A stretch of 64,000 nt of DNA from Bdellovibrionales bacterium (GTDB taxonomy: Bacteria > Bdellovibrionota > Bdellovibrionia > Bdellovibrionales > UBA1609), in NCBI GenBank assembly GCA_965261545.1, contig CBDHDF010000010.1, positions 384,001-448,000 on the forward strand, in the 5' to 3' direction. Of this stretch, positions 1-11,042 are shown in pieces (position 1 is the stretch's first letter; each line of letters begins with the position of its first letter). A program made the translations under genes and the position numbers. The notes below the pieces were generated by a model. That model did not search any database. It was not told where the DNA came from and saw nothing but the letters and a program-made list of their open reading frames with translations.

Positions 1-710
1 AGAAGTTGGTCTCCCCAACTCCATGGGTGCTTTTTTCGACCAAAAGTTAAGGACCACCCATCATCCATCAGCTTTATCTTTGCGTAAGCCTCAAGAAGAT
101 TTATGTAAGCTTTATGTTCTTGAAAACTATGAAAAGCATTGAAATGTAACTTATAGCTATAATCGCCTCTTTCCTTAAAGGAATCGAGTTCCAAACCCAT
201 TTTCACAAATTCACTGGAAACTCCCTTGGATCTCAAAAAATCTTTCGACAAATTTGTATAGTTTTCCATCCCTACATGGAACCTACTATGAATATAAGAC
301 GAGTGATCCTTGTGCAACAAAGCTTTGGATGAATGAGGGCGACCGCTCGCCTCAATGGAAGGTGCCTCCTCCCGCCAAATGATAGCCCCAGGCTCACCTT
401 TCCTCAAAGTGGTGGAAGGCTCACCTTCCCACAAAGCAGTGCCCCCTCCTTCTGAATTCATACTTTCCGAAGAACCACCCGAAGAGCCATTTAAAGCCAG
501 TTGTCCCAAGGATGCTTCCAGCAAATCCAAAGAAGTTTGAGTCAATTCATGGACCCATGGAAGTGAAATATTGTGCGATGAAGCTGTTCCTTGGGGGTGA
601 TAAATATAAATGGGCCGCTGGTTCTTTGTAAGGCCAAAACCTGTGGCACCATAAAATAAAAATACCAAGAAAGTGGAAAATAAAATGAATAAACAATGTA
701 AATAAAGCAT
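1..710 (-). CDS. Exported hypothetical protein, possibly outer-membrane beta-barrel; runs off the window start (missing from ORF track)
   Basis: Manual translation from ATG at 710 (GGGAG upstream) stays open to position 1: MLYLHCLFILFSTFLVFLFYGATGFG...WSLTFGRKKHPWSWGDQL; hydrophobic N-terminus. Confidence 0.65.
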   Translation of the reverse strand, partial: MLYLHCLFILFSTFLVFLFYGATGFGLTKNQRPIYIYHPQGTASSHNISLPWVHELTQTSLDLLEASLGQLALNGSSGGSSESMNSEGGGTALWEGEPSTTLRKGEPGAIIWREEAPSIEASGRPHSSKALLHKDHSSYIHSRFHVGMENYTNLSKDFLRSKGVSSEFVKMGLELDSFKERGDYSYKLHFNAFHSFQEHKAYINLLEAYAKIKLMDDGWSLTFGRKKHPWSWGDQL

Positions 711-1392
711 ATAACTCCCGTTATCCCTAGAAGACTCACCAACGAGCCACACACCACATAGGTGAAGACTTAGATCCCCCTCAGGAGGCGCAGGGTCTCC
801 ACCCACCCATGAATCCCTGCGAAGAATCATGCGAAGAAAGATATTCGAGTGACTCTCTTCGCCAATTCAATTCAGCAGAAAAACAAAACCACCATATACA
901 CGAAAACCCTTGATACTACAACATGGAATGGACCGCTCCTTGGTGTCGTTTACTTATGACCCAATACGATGACCCAATACGATGACCCAGCGCGCCATTA
1001 ATTAGTTTACTTAATTCTTATTTACTTATTACTTTTTCTTTTACTTAAATTTTTTCTTTTTTACTCATAGGTGGTTGACATAATGCCCACTGAACACAAA
1101 CTTAATACGAACATAAGCTTGACCGCCGCCATGTCGCATGGCGGCGCAAGAGGAAAGATATCTCAACATTTTTCTGAGTTGACATGGATGTAAAATATGC
1201 CAATAGAAAACAATGCATTAAGTAAAGAGTACAAGAAAGATTTAGAGATAAAGTAAAGATATATAGCTCAATGAATGCGACGGAATATAATGCATCGCAA
1301 AATAATAATAGAACTCTTGAGTACAAATTTCTTTTCATTATAATTATTAATTGATCTATTAATTGATCTGATGAATGCTGAAAGGAGAACAG

Positions 1393-2130
1393 ATGATTAA
1401 AGTTTGCTCTGTCACCAAGTTCTTTGGAGATTTAACAGCCGTAGACAATGTGTCATTTGAGGCGAAACCGGGGGAGGTTCTCGGCTTTCTCGGTCCCAAT
1501 GGAGCGGGCAAGTCCACAACCATGAAAATGATTACAGGTTTTCTTACGCCAAGCCATGGAGGTATTGATATCTGTGGGCACTCCGTGGAAAAAGCCACCC
1601 AAAAAGCTCAAAAAGAAATAGGTTATATGCCTGAAAATGCACCCCTCTACGAAGAAATGTACACCCGAGAATTTTTAGAGTTCATTGCCGAAATGAGGGA
1701 AATGACACCAGAAAGTATCCCCTCTCAAGTGGATAAAGTCTTAAAAACCTGCTCCCTCCAAAGCGTAGAGTACCAAAAAATTGAAACCCTTTCCAAGGGG
1801 TATAAAAGAAGGGTCTCCCTCGCCCAAGCACTTATTCACAACCCAAAGGTTCTCATTCTCGATGAACCCACGGATGGCTTAGACCCCAACCAAAAACACG
1901 ATGTCCGCAAGCTCATCAAAGATCTAGCCAAAGAAAAATGTATTCTCGTTTCCACTCATATTTTAGAGGAAGTCGAAGAGATATGCAATCGCTGCATCAT
2001 CATTGGTCAGGGAAAAAGGCTTTTTGAAGGATATCCAAGCAAACTCAAATCCATGTCTGAAAGTGGGCGCATTCAAGATGTCTTTAGAGCACTCACCACA
2101 GGCCAACCTGTAAAAGGAGTGACATTATGA
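1393..2130 (+). CDS. ABC transporter ATP-binding protein, GldA-like
   Basis: Walker A GPNGAGKST, signature LSKGYKRR, Walker B LILDEPT; start placed at ATG 1393 after AAAGGAG. Confidence 0.9.
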   Translation: MIKVCSVTKFFGDLTAVDNVSFEAKPGEVLGFLGPNGAGKSTTMKMITGFLTPSHGGIDICGHSVEKATQKAQKEIGYMPENAPLYEEMYTREFLEFIAEMREMTPESIPSQVDKVLKTCSLQSVEYQKIETLSKGYKRRVSLAQALIHNPKVLILDEPTDGLDPNQKHDVRKLIKDLAKEKCILVSTHILEEVEEICNRCIIIGQGKRLFEGYPSKLKSMSESGRIQDVFRALTTGQPVKGVTL

Positions 2131-2873
2131 TGACGAAGCCTGCCAAAAAACTATTTTGTAAGGAACTCACCAGTTACTTTAAGACACCCATTGGTTATGT
2201 TTTTCTCGTCATTTTTCTCTTTGGAATCGGATACCTCACTTTCGAGCCCGGTCGAGGCTCCTTTTTTATTATGAGACAAGCCTCACTCACTCCCTTTTTT
2301 CAATACATGCCCTGGATGTTTGTGTTTTTAATCCCAGCTGTCAGCATGAAGCTTTGGGCAGAAGAAAGGCGGTCTGGAACCATTGAGCTCCTTTTGACTA
2401 TGCCCATAAATGTCTCCCAAGCCGTCATCATGAAGTTTTTGGCCTCTTGGGCTTTTATTGGAATTGCTCTCCTTGGAACTCTCCCTATGGTCTTCACTAC
2501 CTTATACTTGGGCCAACCCGATCTTGGAGTGATTTTTCTTGGATATATGGGTTCTTTTTTCATGGCGGGGACGCTGCTTGCCATCAGTGGATTTTTTTCA
2601 GCCCTCACAAAAAATCAAGTGGTCTCCTTTATCCTCAGCCTCGTTGTCTGTTTTGCCTTTATCATGGCAGGCTCTCCCCCCGTTCTCAATTTTGTATCCA
2701 CCGTTTTGCCTTCTTACTTTATTGACCTTCTAGAATCCGTCAGTATCCTCAATCATTTTGAGATGATGGAAAGAGGTGTTTTGTCCCTCAGTCAATTCTG
2801 GTTCTTTGTCGTAATGATCACATGCTGGATCTACGCAAGCATCATTCTCTTGGAGGAAAACAAAGCTGTGTAA
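2127..2873 (+). CDS. ABC-2 type permease, GldF-like
   Basis: Multi-TM protein with AEERRSGTIELLLTMP motif; overlaps the ATPase stop. Confidence 0.85.
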   Translation: MMTKPAKKLFCKELTSYFKTPIGYVFLVIFLFGIGYLTFEPGRGSFFIMRQASLTPFFQYMPWMFVFLIPAVSMKLWAEERRSGTIELLLTMPINVSQAVIMKFLASWAFIGIALLGTLPMVFTTLYLGQPDLGVIFLGYMGSFFMAGTLLAISGFFSALTKNQVVSFILSLVVCFAFIMAGSPPVLNFVSTVLPSYFIDLLESVSILNHFEMMERGVLSLSQFWFFVVMITCWIYASIILLEENKAV

Positions 2874-3002
2874 GATGAGGTTACGACAAAGATATGTGAA
2901 TAAGATGTAAAAATATGTGAGAAAAATAGAATAGAACAAAATATTAAGAAAAGAAGATCGTATAAGATAAAGAATAATAAAAGAAGAATAGGAAGTAAGA
3001 AC

Positions 3003-5054
3003 ATGGCAGACAAATCGACTCAGAGTGCAAAGAAAAATGTCAAAATAAATCTAAAAAAAGAGGGAGCCACCTGTCGAAACGAAAATTTCCTCAAAACTAT
3101 TTTGAGCCTCCTCTCTATGCTTTTTCTTATCTATATTGGCTCTCACACCCTTAAGTGGATAAAGGTAGATATCACAGAAGAAAAACTCTACACCATATCT
3201 TCAGGTACAAAATCTATTCTTCAAAAACTTGACACCCCCATTAAGCTCAAGCTCTATTACTCCAAAATCGCAGCCAACAAAGGCTCCGAGGGACTAAGAA
3301 ATTTCAACAACCATTTTCACTACGTCCACGAACTTCTCAAAGAATACCTAAGACATTCACGAAACAATCTTCAACTTCAAGTCATCGACCCAAGACCCGA
3401 CACCCCTGAAGAAGAAGATGCCATGGCCTATGGACTCAACCAATTTCAGCTTACAGATACGGAGAAATACTTTTTTGGTCTTGTCGCTGAGAATGAATCG
3501 GGAACAGAAAAAATCATCGAATTTTTCAATCCCAACGAAAAAGACCGTGTTGAATACGATCTCACCAAGCTTATTTACACCATTCAAAACCCCAAGAAAA
3601 AAACCATTGGCATTCTGTCTTCCCTCGATGTTATGGCTGACAAAGACCTCAGCCCCTACATGGCTCAAATCATGCGTATGCAAGGCCAAGCCACCCAAGA
3701 ATCTTGGATCATCACTCGCCTTCTTAAAGATCTTTACGAGATTAAAAAAATTCCAAAAGAGACAGAAAGTATTGCCAGTGTTGACTCCTTGGCCATCATA
3801 CACCCCAAAGGGTTTTCAGAAAAAACTCTTTTTGCCATCGATCAGTACCTCATGAGGGGCGGTAATTTGATTGTTCTCGTTGATCCCCACGCCGTTGTCG
3901 ACACAACCTCTCAACAAAGTCTGGACGGTGGTTCTCCCGACAAAGGCTTTCAAAAACTCATGGATAAATGGGGTGTGGAAGCACCCAGCCATATGTTTGC
4001 AGGCGACAAATACCTAAGTGGCGTAGGCCAGGTTAGTCGCCGCCAAAGACCTCAAAGGCTTTTAGCCCTCCTTCGCTGCAATGATAAATGTTCATCTTCT
4101 TTCAAGGACCCTATTTCATCGAGCCTGAACAGTCTCTCTTTCATTTACCCCGGAGTTTTGCGAGCAAAAGAACTGGAAGGTCTCACAGTAACTCCCATTC
4201 TTTCTACCTCTGACAAAGGCAACAGCTACACGGCACATATTCACGAGTTGAACAACCCCTCTCGTCTATGGGAAAATTTTTCTGATGGGAATAAGCCGGT
4301 CATCATTGCTCAAAAAATTCTTGGTAAATTCAAAACGGCCTTCCCAAAAGGTTTAGAAAATGAGGAAAAGGGTAAGAAAAAGAAGAAAGTAAAAAATCAA
4401 GAAGCGCCCCCCAGGGAAGAACTCATCCAAGAAAGTCAGAAAGAATCAGCCATTATTGTCTTTGCCGATGTTGACTTCATTGCCGATCCCTTTGCTTTCA
4501 AACAATCTTTCTTTGGAACAGCCTTGGCCAATAACAACAGCACCCTTCTCCTCAACGCCATTGAGGCCCTCTCTGGAGATGTCAACCTTATGTCAGTTCG
4601 CTCAAAAGTAAGAATCAATCGCTCCTTTGATGTGATTGAAAACATTGAATTTGCCGCTGAAAAAAAGACAGAAGACAAGGTCAAAGAGATCAATGCCAAC
4701 ATTGCAAGGGTTCAGGCTGAACTTAACCAACTGGGCAAACAAGCCAACGAAGGCAACATTGCCATCCTACAAAATGAAGGACTTAAAAAGCAAAAAAAGC
4801 TTGCTAAGCACATAGCCCTAATGAAGAAAGAACTCCGCTCTGTCAAACGCGAGGGACGAGAAAAAATTGAAACTATAGGTACAATCTTTCTTTACATCAA
4901 TACTCTTTTAGGTCCCCTCCTTGTCATCCTTGGGGGACTTTGGTATTCAAGAAAACGAAGAAAAAAAATGGCTAGCCCCCAAGAGGCTCCCCAAAAATTA
5001 GCAACTCCATCATCAGATCTTAGAAATATGGAAACCATAGGAGATAAAGCATGA
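3003..5054 (+). CDS. GldG-like ABC transporter auxiliary component
   Basis: N-terminal TM, DITEEKLYTIS motif, EYDLT, IDQYLMRGG, C-terminal coiled coil and TM; follows GldA/F-like genes. Confidence 0.8.
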   Translation: MADKSTQSAKKNVKINLKKEGATCRNENFLKTILSLLSMLFLIYIGSHTLKWIKVDITEEKLYTISSGTKSILQKLDTPIKLKLYYSKIAANKGSEGLRNFNNHFHYVHELLKEYLRHSRNNLQLQVIDPRPDTPEEEDAMAYGLNQFQLTDTEKYFFGLVAENESGTEKIIEFFNPNEKDRVEYDLTKLIYTIQNPKKKTIGILSSLDVMADKDLSPYMAQIMRMQGQATQESWIITRLLKDLYEIKKIPKETESIASVDSLAIIHPKGFSEKTLFAIDQYLMRGGNLIVLVDPHAVVDTTSQQSLDGGSPDKGFQKLMDKWGVEAPSHMFAGDKYLSGVGQVSRRQRPQRLLALLRCNDKCSSSFKDPISSSLNSLSFIYPGVLRAKELEGLTVTPILSTSDKGNSYTAHIHELNNPSRLWENFSDGNKPVIIAQKILGKFKTAFPKGLENEEKGKKKKKVKNQEAPPREELIQESQKESAIIVFADVDFIADPFAFKQSFFGTALANNNSTLLLNAIEALSGDVNLMSVRSKVRINRSFDVIENIEFAAEKKTEDKVKEINANIARVQAELNQLGKQANEGNIAILQNEGLKKQKKLAKHIALMKKELRSVKREGREKIETIGTIFLYINTLLGPLLVILGGLWYSRKRRKKMASPQEAPQKLATPSSDLRNMETIGDKA

Positions 5055-6091
5055 ACGTAAAAACCCTTGCCGCCATTACAGGAACTCTTTTTATTCTCTC
5101 CCTCGGAGTTTTTTATTTTGAAAATCGCCGAGGCACAGATCTTATTGAAGGCAGTGATTATATTAAGGGCCTTGACCTTGAAAAGATCCAAAAAATTTCT
5201 CTCTCATTTTCTGGGAATGAGAAAATCACATTCAACCGCGACGGTTCTCACTTTGTCATTGAAAACCACAAGTCCTATCCTGCTTCTACAGAAAAAATCA
5301 ACAATCTTATCTTTAAGATTGCAAGCCTTCAAGTCAAAGAAAAAATCACTTCTAAGCCTTCCGAGGAAGACCTTAAAAACTATAGCCTCAACCCAGAAAA
5401 TCGACAATATCTTGTTGAAATCTTTGATAATGACAAAAAAAAAACAGTCGCCTTTTCTGTGGGAAGATCTCGCAAAGGCAAGGGAAACTATCTTTATAAA
5501 GAAGGTGGAAAATATGTTTATCTCAGCAAAGACTCCATCTGGCTTAACTCCTCCTACCGGGATTTTATTAGCACACTCATTCTTGACCTTAAAAAGGATG
5601 ATATTGAGTCCATTCAACTGGCCATGAACGGCCCCACATCTCTACCCATTGAGCTTATGAGAAAAGATAATGATTTTACCCTCGTCAAACCTGAAAAAAA
5701 AGATTTTAAAAAAGAAAAAATTGAAGAATACTTTACCCACTTTGCTAACCTTAAATTTGACGAATTTTACAAGTATAACGACAAAGAAGTCCAAAGTCTC
5801 TCCTTTGATAAAGGAGTTAAGATTCTCCTTAAAAACAAGTTAACTTACAACCTAAGCCTTTCAAAAAAAGAAGATAATCACTTTATAAAAATCACGGCTA
5901 TCACCCAAGACATTCCCAAAACTGTAACTATTGATCAGAAGATGGATCAAGAGAAGATGAAAGAAATTGAGAATATGGCCAAAGCTCAAAGCCTTGCCCA
6001 AAGGTTTAACTTAAAAAAGGGAACATGGGTTTACAAAGTGAGTCCCTCAACTTTTTCAAAACTCGTCAAAAAAACCAAAGACTTTTTGTAG
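5051..6091 (+). CDS. DUF4340-like exported protein of the Gld-like ABC operon
   Basis: N-terminal anchor, ATGA overlap with the GldG-like gene, usual fourth position in such operons. Confidence 0.6.
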   Translation: MNVKTLAAITGTLFILSLGVFYFENRRGTDLIEGSDYIKGLDLEKIQKISLSFSGNEKITFNRDGSHFVIENHKSYPASTEKINNLIFKIASLQVKEKITSKPSEEDLKNYSLNPENRQYLVEIFDNDKKKTVAFSVGRSRKGKGNYLYKEGGKYVYLSKDSIWLNSSYRDFISTLILDLKKDDIESIQLAMNGPTSLPIELMRKDNDFTLVKPEKKDFKKEKIEEYFTHFANLKFDEFYKYNDKEVQSLSFDKGVKILLKNKLTYNLSLSKKEDNHFIKITAITQDIPKTVTIDQKMDQEKMKEIENMAKAQSLAQRFNLKKGTWVYKVSPSTFSKLVKKTKDFL

Positions 6092-6171
6092 TTAATGGAC
6101 TTTTTGTATTGTATTGTATGGTATGGTAAATGCTCATCGCTGCTTTCTGAGACTTTTCGGAAAGAGACCCT

Positions 6172-7290
6172 TTAAAACAAATATTTCCTATAAGAAACAG
6201 AGCTGATAAGGCCAAGACCAAACATAGTGGTCAATAAGCTAGATCCCCCATAGGATAAAAGAGGAAGCGGTACACCCACAACAGGTAATAGACCAATAAC
6301 CATGCCTATATTGATAAACATGTGCCAAAAAAGAAATGATAGAACTCCAACAACAACAAGAGCACCAAATTTATCGGTCGCCTGCCCAGCAACTCTGATT
6401 CCAAGTAGATACAAAATGACAAAAAGACCAATGGTTGTGAAACTCCCCACAAACCCATGCTCCTCACTCAGAACGCTAAATATAAAATCAGAATGCCGCT
6501 CAGGAATAAACTCCAACTGAGATTGAGTTCCTTTGAGAAAGCCCTTTCCGAAAACACGTCCACTCCCCACAGCAATTTTGGATTGAATACTATTGTAGCC
6601 TGTCCCCCTGGGATCACGCCCCGGATAGACAAAAGTCAAAACACGATTTTTTTGATACTCTTTGAGCCCAAACTTCCAAGCTACAGGCAAAGCAATAAGA
6701 CTGATAATAAAAGTCACAATAAGAATGGGAATTCTAACCTTAACAAAAATAAGCATAGAAAAAGCCACCGCCATAATAAGAAGACCTGTCCCCAAGTCAG
6801 GTTGCTTAACTGTGAGCGCAAAGGGCACAAGTGTAAGTCCTAGGGGTAACAACAAATCTTTGAGATTCAATCCGTCATTTGTATGAACTTTAGAGAGGAT
6901 TCTTGCTAAAACTAAAATAATGGATAACTTGATTGTTTCCGAAGGTTGAAAGCGAAACCAACCAAAATCCAACCAGCGTTGGGCTCCATAAAATGATTTT
7001 CCCCAAAAAATAACTGCCACAAGACAACCTAAGTTGAGCAAATAAAACACATAGGCAAACCGACGAAAAAAACTATAATTAATAAATGTCACTACAATAA
7101 AAATGCTCCAACCTCCAAAGAGCCAAATCAACTGTTTCCAAAATTTAGATGTCAATGCAAAATTCACTCCATGGGTTGCGCTGTACAAATTAATAAGACC
7201 TATACAATTTAAAGAGACAACAGTAAGCACCAAGTTAAAATCGACTTTCTTGAACAAAGTTCGGTCTTGAATAAAAGCTTTAGTTCCCAT
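6172..7290 (-). CDS. rodA: Rod shape-determining SEDS glycosyltransferase RodA
   Basis: GAQRW, FQPSE, QPDLG, PERHSDFIF, SYGGSS motifs; directly downstream of PBP2. Confidence 0.95.
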   Translation of the reverse strand: MGTKAFIQDRTLFKKVDFNLVLTVVSLNCIGLINLYSATHGVNFALTSKFWKQLIWLFGGWSIFIVVTFINYSFFRRFAYVFYLLNLGCLVAVIFWGKSFYGAQRWLDFGWFRFQPSETIKLSIILVLARILSKVHTNDGLNLKDLLLPLGLTLVPFALTVKQPDLGTGLLIMAVAFSMLIFVKVRIPILIVTFIISLIALPVAWKFGLKEYQKNRVLTFVYPGRDPRGTGYNSIQSKIAVGSGRVFGKGFLKGTQSQLEFIPERHSDFIFSVLSEEHGFVGSFTTIGLFVILYLLGIRVAGQATDKFGALVVVGVLSFLFWHMFINIGMVIGLLPVVGVPLPLLSYGGSSLLTTMFGLGLISSVSYRKYLF

Positions 7291-9307
7291 AACTCAGCCC
7301 CCCCCCTGACTTCGTGATTTTGAGATTCGACTTCCTCGTTGTTTGTTTACGGACAGGCTTCTGAAAGGAAGAGTTTTTCTTCGCATCCAAAAGAGCAGGA
7401 TTGTAAATATTAAAGTAAGAACGAACAATATCTCTAAATACGGGCGCCCCTCCCCCTGACCCCGAACAACCGTGTTGGGCAAAAACAGCCACCGTCACTT
7501 CAGGAGCTTCTACAGGGGCAAAACCTACAAACCAACCATGATACCTTTGCTGAAGTGGCCTTTCCAAACATTTTTTATAAAGCTCCTTGGAAGAGAAAGA
7601 CATGGTTTGAACAGTTCCCGTTTTGCCCGCCATATTCAAGCCATGAACTTCGTACCACCTCGCCGTACCATGGGATCCTAAAAAAACTTGGCGTAAACCT
7701 TTTTTAATGGTTTGAAAGTGAGCACGTTCAATGAATGCTCTCCCCTCCTTGGCTTGAGTGATGTTATCTACAAATTCAGGCTGGTTTATAATAGTCTCTT
7801 TGCCGTCAAAGCCAATGTTTTTTTTCACTAAGAAGGGTTTGTAAGACACCCCTTCCATGGCAATCGTATTGAAAGCGTGAACCAACTGGAGAGTTGTGGC
7901 CAAAACAAAACCTTGGCCAATGGCATGGCTTAGATTTTCTCCTGGCTGCCATGGCTCTCCCCTGTTTTTCAGTTTCCACTGAGTTGTTGGCATTAGCCCT
8001 GGAGTTTCGTGGAACAGTTGAATACCTACTTTACGTCCAAACCCAAAGAGCTTTGCGTATTTGGCCATCCTATCAATACCAAGCTGCATACCCAGTTTGT
8101 AAAAAAACACATTGCTAGAGTGGGCAAGAGCGGTCACAATATTAATATGACCATGACCCGAGCGTCGAGCATCATGGTACGTTCTTCTCCCATAAACTAT
8201 GGAGCCTGGAGAAAAAACCTTAGTATTCTCCTCGACAATATTTTCTTGAAGAGCAGCCAAGGCGACAAAGGGCTTAAATACCGACCCTGGAGAGTAGTGA
8301 TCTTGTATCACCTTATTGCGCAGTGGATAAAAAGGATTGCTCACCAATTTGGACCATACCTCTTTAGAAATTCCATTGGTAAATTCATTGGGGTTGAAGG
8401 AGGGTGTGACCACCCAAGCAAGAATCTCTCCATTGCTCTTCATAACAACAGCACTGCCAATGCGAGGTCCAACCTTATCATTTCTCAGCATAGCTCGATA
8501 AGCCGCCTCTTGAATCTCTCTATCAATGGTAAGAACAAGGCTTGAGCCAGAGTTTGGATCCTGGCGCTCCAAATGAAAAGGGCCGACCCCCGAAGAGTAG
8601 GTTTTTCTCCCTCGTGCATCCACTTCTACAAGCTCAATACCATCCTTTCCTCGAATCTTCTGCTCCCAAATCTTCTCCAAACCATTCTTTCCAATAATAT
8701 CTCCTTGTTTAAAAGGAATTTCATTTTTATACTTTTTATTATATTGCTCTATTTGTTGTTTCGATATTTCCCCAACATAGCCAAATAGCTGAGCGCCGTT
8801 TTCGTTGAGAGGATAATGGCGTACAATAACTTGGGTGATATCCAGCCCTGGGTGGTTTAAACGCAATTGCCGAATTTTAAAAATTTCATCATGAGTCAAA
8901 CCTTCTTTAATGCGCACATCCCGAAAGGGACCGTTGAGACGGCGCCCCCTCCTCACCATTTCGATAATCTTCTTATCCTCCATATCCAATATTGGTGCTA
9001 TGGCAGTGGAAGTTTCTTTCAATTTCTTGGCATATTGAGGAGAAATAATCACAGCGTAATCGGGCCTATTCTCAACAAGCACGCGCTTTTTACGATCAAA
9101 GATAAACCCTCGAGATGCAGGAATCGTTGTCTTTTTAATCCGATTTTTTTCTGAATACTTCCTAAATTCTTGACCATAAATAATTTGTAAATACCACAGA
9201 CGCATAAAAATAATCGTTACTAAAAGAGCCAATGTACAATAAAGGATTTTATATCTTGGTTGATAGCTCTTTACTTCTTGCTGAGGGTTTGAAATTGTTT
9301 TGTTCAC
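7280..9307 (-). CDS. mrdA: Penicillin-binding protein 2
   Basis: N-terminal TM, RGFIFDR, SxxK (SVFK), SxN (SSN), KTG; between mreD and rodA. Confidence 0.95.
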   Translation of the reverse strand: MNKTISNPQQEVKSYQPRYKILYCTLALLVTIIFMRLWYLQIIYGQEFRKYSEKNRIKKTTIPASRGFIFDRKKRVLVENRPDYAVIISPQYAKKLKETSTAIAPILDMEDKKIIEMVRRGRRLNGPFRDVRIKEGLTHDEIFKIRQLRLNHPGLDITQVIVRHYPLNENGAQLFGYVGEISKQQIEQYNKKYKNEIPFKQGDIIGKNGLEKIWEQKIRGKDGIELVEVDARGRKTYSSGVGPFHLERQDPNSGSSLVLTIDREIQEAAYRAMLRNDKVGPRIGSAVVMKSNGEILAWVVTPSFNPNEFTNGISKEVWSKLVSNPFYPLRNKVIQDHYSPGSVFKPFVALAALQENIVEENTKVFSPGSIVYGRRTYHDARRSGHGHINIVTALAHSSNVFFYKLGMQLGIDRMAKYAKLFGFGRKVGIQLFHETPGLMPTTQWKLKNRGEPWQPGENLSHAIGQGFVLATTLQLVHAFNTIAMEGVSYKPFLVKKNIGFDGKETIINQPEFVDNITQAKEGRAFIERAHFQTIKKGLRQVFLGSHGTARWYEVHGLNMAGKTGTVQTMSFSSKELYKKCLERPLQQRYHGWFVGFAPVEAPEVTVAVFAQHGCSGSGGGAPVFRDIVRSYFNIYNPALLDAKKNSSFQKPVRKQTTRKSNLKITKSGGGLSYGN

Positions 9308-9843
9308 AATTTATCCAGCCTCAACTCCGGGGGAGATTCCTTAGAAGTTAATATATCAAAGGCTCGAAAGACAAAGAAGAGAAAACGACTGAATAAAGCT
9401 GTCAAGCCACAGGCAAGAGCCCATTGAAAGACAGCTGGAAAACGCATGGGATTGGATTCAAAAATCCAAGAGACACCAAAGTGAACAAATGGAAAGGAAA
9501 GGGCCTGAAGACCGGCCAAAAACATCAAGTAAGAGGGGCCCGGCCAAAAAACATTTCTTTTTATTAAAAGTCCACCACCAAACAACAACATATTGATCAA
9601 AAGAACCATGCTCAATGACATAACTGTCAGAGAGGCTACAAGAAAAGATAAAAGATAAGTCATAATAATACCTTCCATCAGTCGTCTTGCCATCACCCAA
9701 TAGGCCAAAGTCACTATCCATAACTGAGGGAGGGGAATGCCTTGCAGTAATTGTGACCAAATAGGCTTGAGCAAGGAGAGCAAAAAAAGAGTCAATACCA
9801 AAAAAAGAAAATAATTGAGAACAATGAGATGGCGGCTTCTCAT
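9304..9843 (-). CDS. mreD: MreD-like membrane protein
   Basis: 179-aa multi-TM protein between mreC and mrdA, overlapping both; call rests mainly on synteny. Confidence 0.65.
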   Translation of the reverse strand: MRSRHLIVLNYFLFLVLTLFLLSLLKPIWSQLLQGIPLPQLWIVTLAYWVMARRLMEGIIMTYLLSFLVASLTVMSLSMVLLINMLLFGGGLLIKRNVFWPGPSYLMFLAGLQALSFPFVHFGVSWIFESNPMRFPAVFQWALACGLTALFSRFLFFVFRAFDILTSKESPPELRLDKL

Positions 9844-10718
9844 ATCCTCTCTTTCGGAGTTCGATCTGATTTTTCGTTAAAATCTTTTTCGTTAAAATCT
9901 TCATTGCGGCTATTCAAAATAATAAATATTTCTTCTAGATTAAGGGGATTAACAACAGGATTGAGTAAAATCTCAGAATTAACATGCATAAGAGTCTTTT
10001 CGATTTTTTCAACAATGGCAATGGGAAACCCCTTGGGAAAAATATCTTGTAACCCACTTGTAACGACCAAATCTCCTTGGTGCACAAACTGATTCTTGAT
10101 GTAATTGAGCTGACAAGACTCTTTATTGAGACCCTCCACAATCCCACGGGCTCGCGTCCTTTGCACAATAGCATCAATGGATGCATAGCGGTCGGTGAGC
10201 AAAAGCACCTGAGAAGTCAAATACTGGGGACGAATGACATAGCCCACAACTCCCCCTACAGTGATAGCTGCCATGTGGCTTTTAACTCCATGCTTTGTCC
10301 CTCGATTGATGGTCAATGTATTGTGTTCGGGAAGTAGATCATTCCCAATAACCCTCGCGGCCAGAAGCTCCATCTGTGTATCTTGCTTAAACTCAAGTAG
10401 CTTTCTCAATCTTTCATTTTCTAACTTAAGCTCTGTCACAGAACCAAGCTCAGCTCTCAATTTGGCATTTTTATTGAGTAGCCCACGGTTTTCCTTACTT
10501 ACATTCACGAGATAAAGATAATCATTCGTGGTACCACGAATTCCTGAGGCAAAGTTTGAAAACAAACTCTGTATGAGATTAGAGGCAAAGGCAAAGGGGC
10601 GAACAGCCCAAAAAACCTCCTTTTGGGGAATCTTTTCTATACTGATAGAAAGCAGAGGAACTCCTACAATAAAAACCACAGCCATCCATTTGCGAATGTC
10701 TAACTTAGAAGAATTCAA
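9840..10718 (-). CDS. mreC: Rod shape-determining protein MreC
   Basis: N-terminal TM, ENERLRKLL coiled coil, INRG, GDLVVTSG, FPKGFPI. Confidence 0.92.
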   Translation of the reverse strand: MNSSKLDIRKWMAVVFIVGVPLLSISIEKIPQKEVFWAVRPFAFASNLIQSLFSNFASGIRGTTNDYLYLVNVSKENRGLLNKNAKLRAELGSVTELKLENERLRKLLEFKQDTQMELLAARVIGNDLLPEHNTLTINRGTKHGVKSHMAAITVGGVVGYVIRPQYLTSQVLLLTDRYASIDAIVQRTRARGIVEGLNKESCQLNYIKNQFVHQGDLVVTSGLQDIFPKGFPIAIVEKIEKTLMHVNSEILLNPVVNPLNLEEIFIILNSRNEDFNEKDFNEKSDRTPKERI

Positions 10719-11042
10719 TCCGACCTCTTTCTTTTTTCTATTTTACTATCAACTTTATTTATTATTCAGTAAATACTTACTCCCCCTTGATCTACAAGGG
10801 ATATATATGCTACAGGGTTATGACAACTCATGTAATTCATTTGTACTCAATGGAGTTCAAATAATCAAGTCACCAAGTTCTCCATGCCCCAACTGCTCAC
10901 CACAACCATGGGCGCCTGCGAGTGGATAAAGCTAGGGAGAGTAAAAAAATTGAGAAAAATGAGAAATCTACTTGAAAATTTCTTTAAAAATGGCCAATCT
11001 AGAGCTGTTTGCAGTTGTTGGAATGAACATTTGGAGTGAGCG

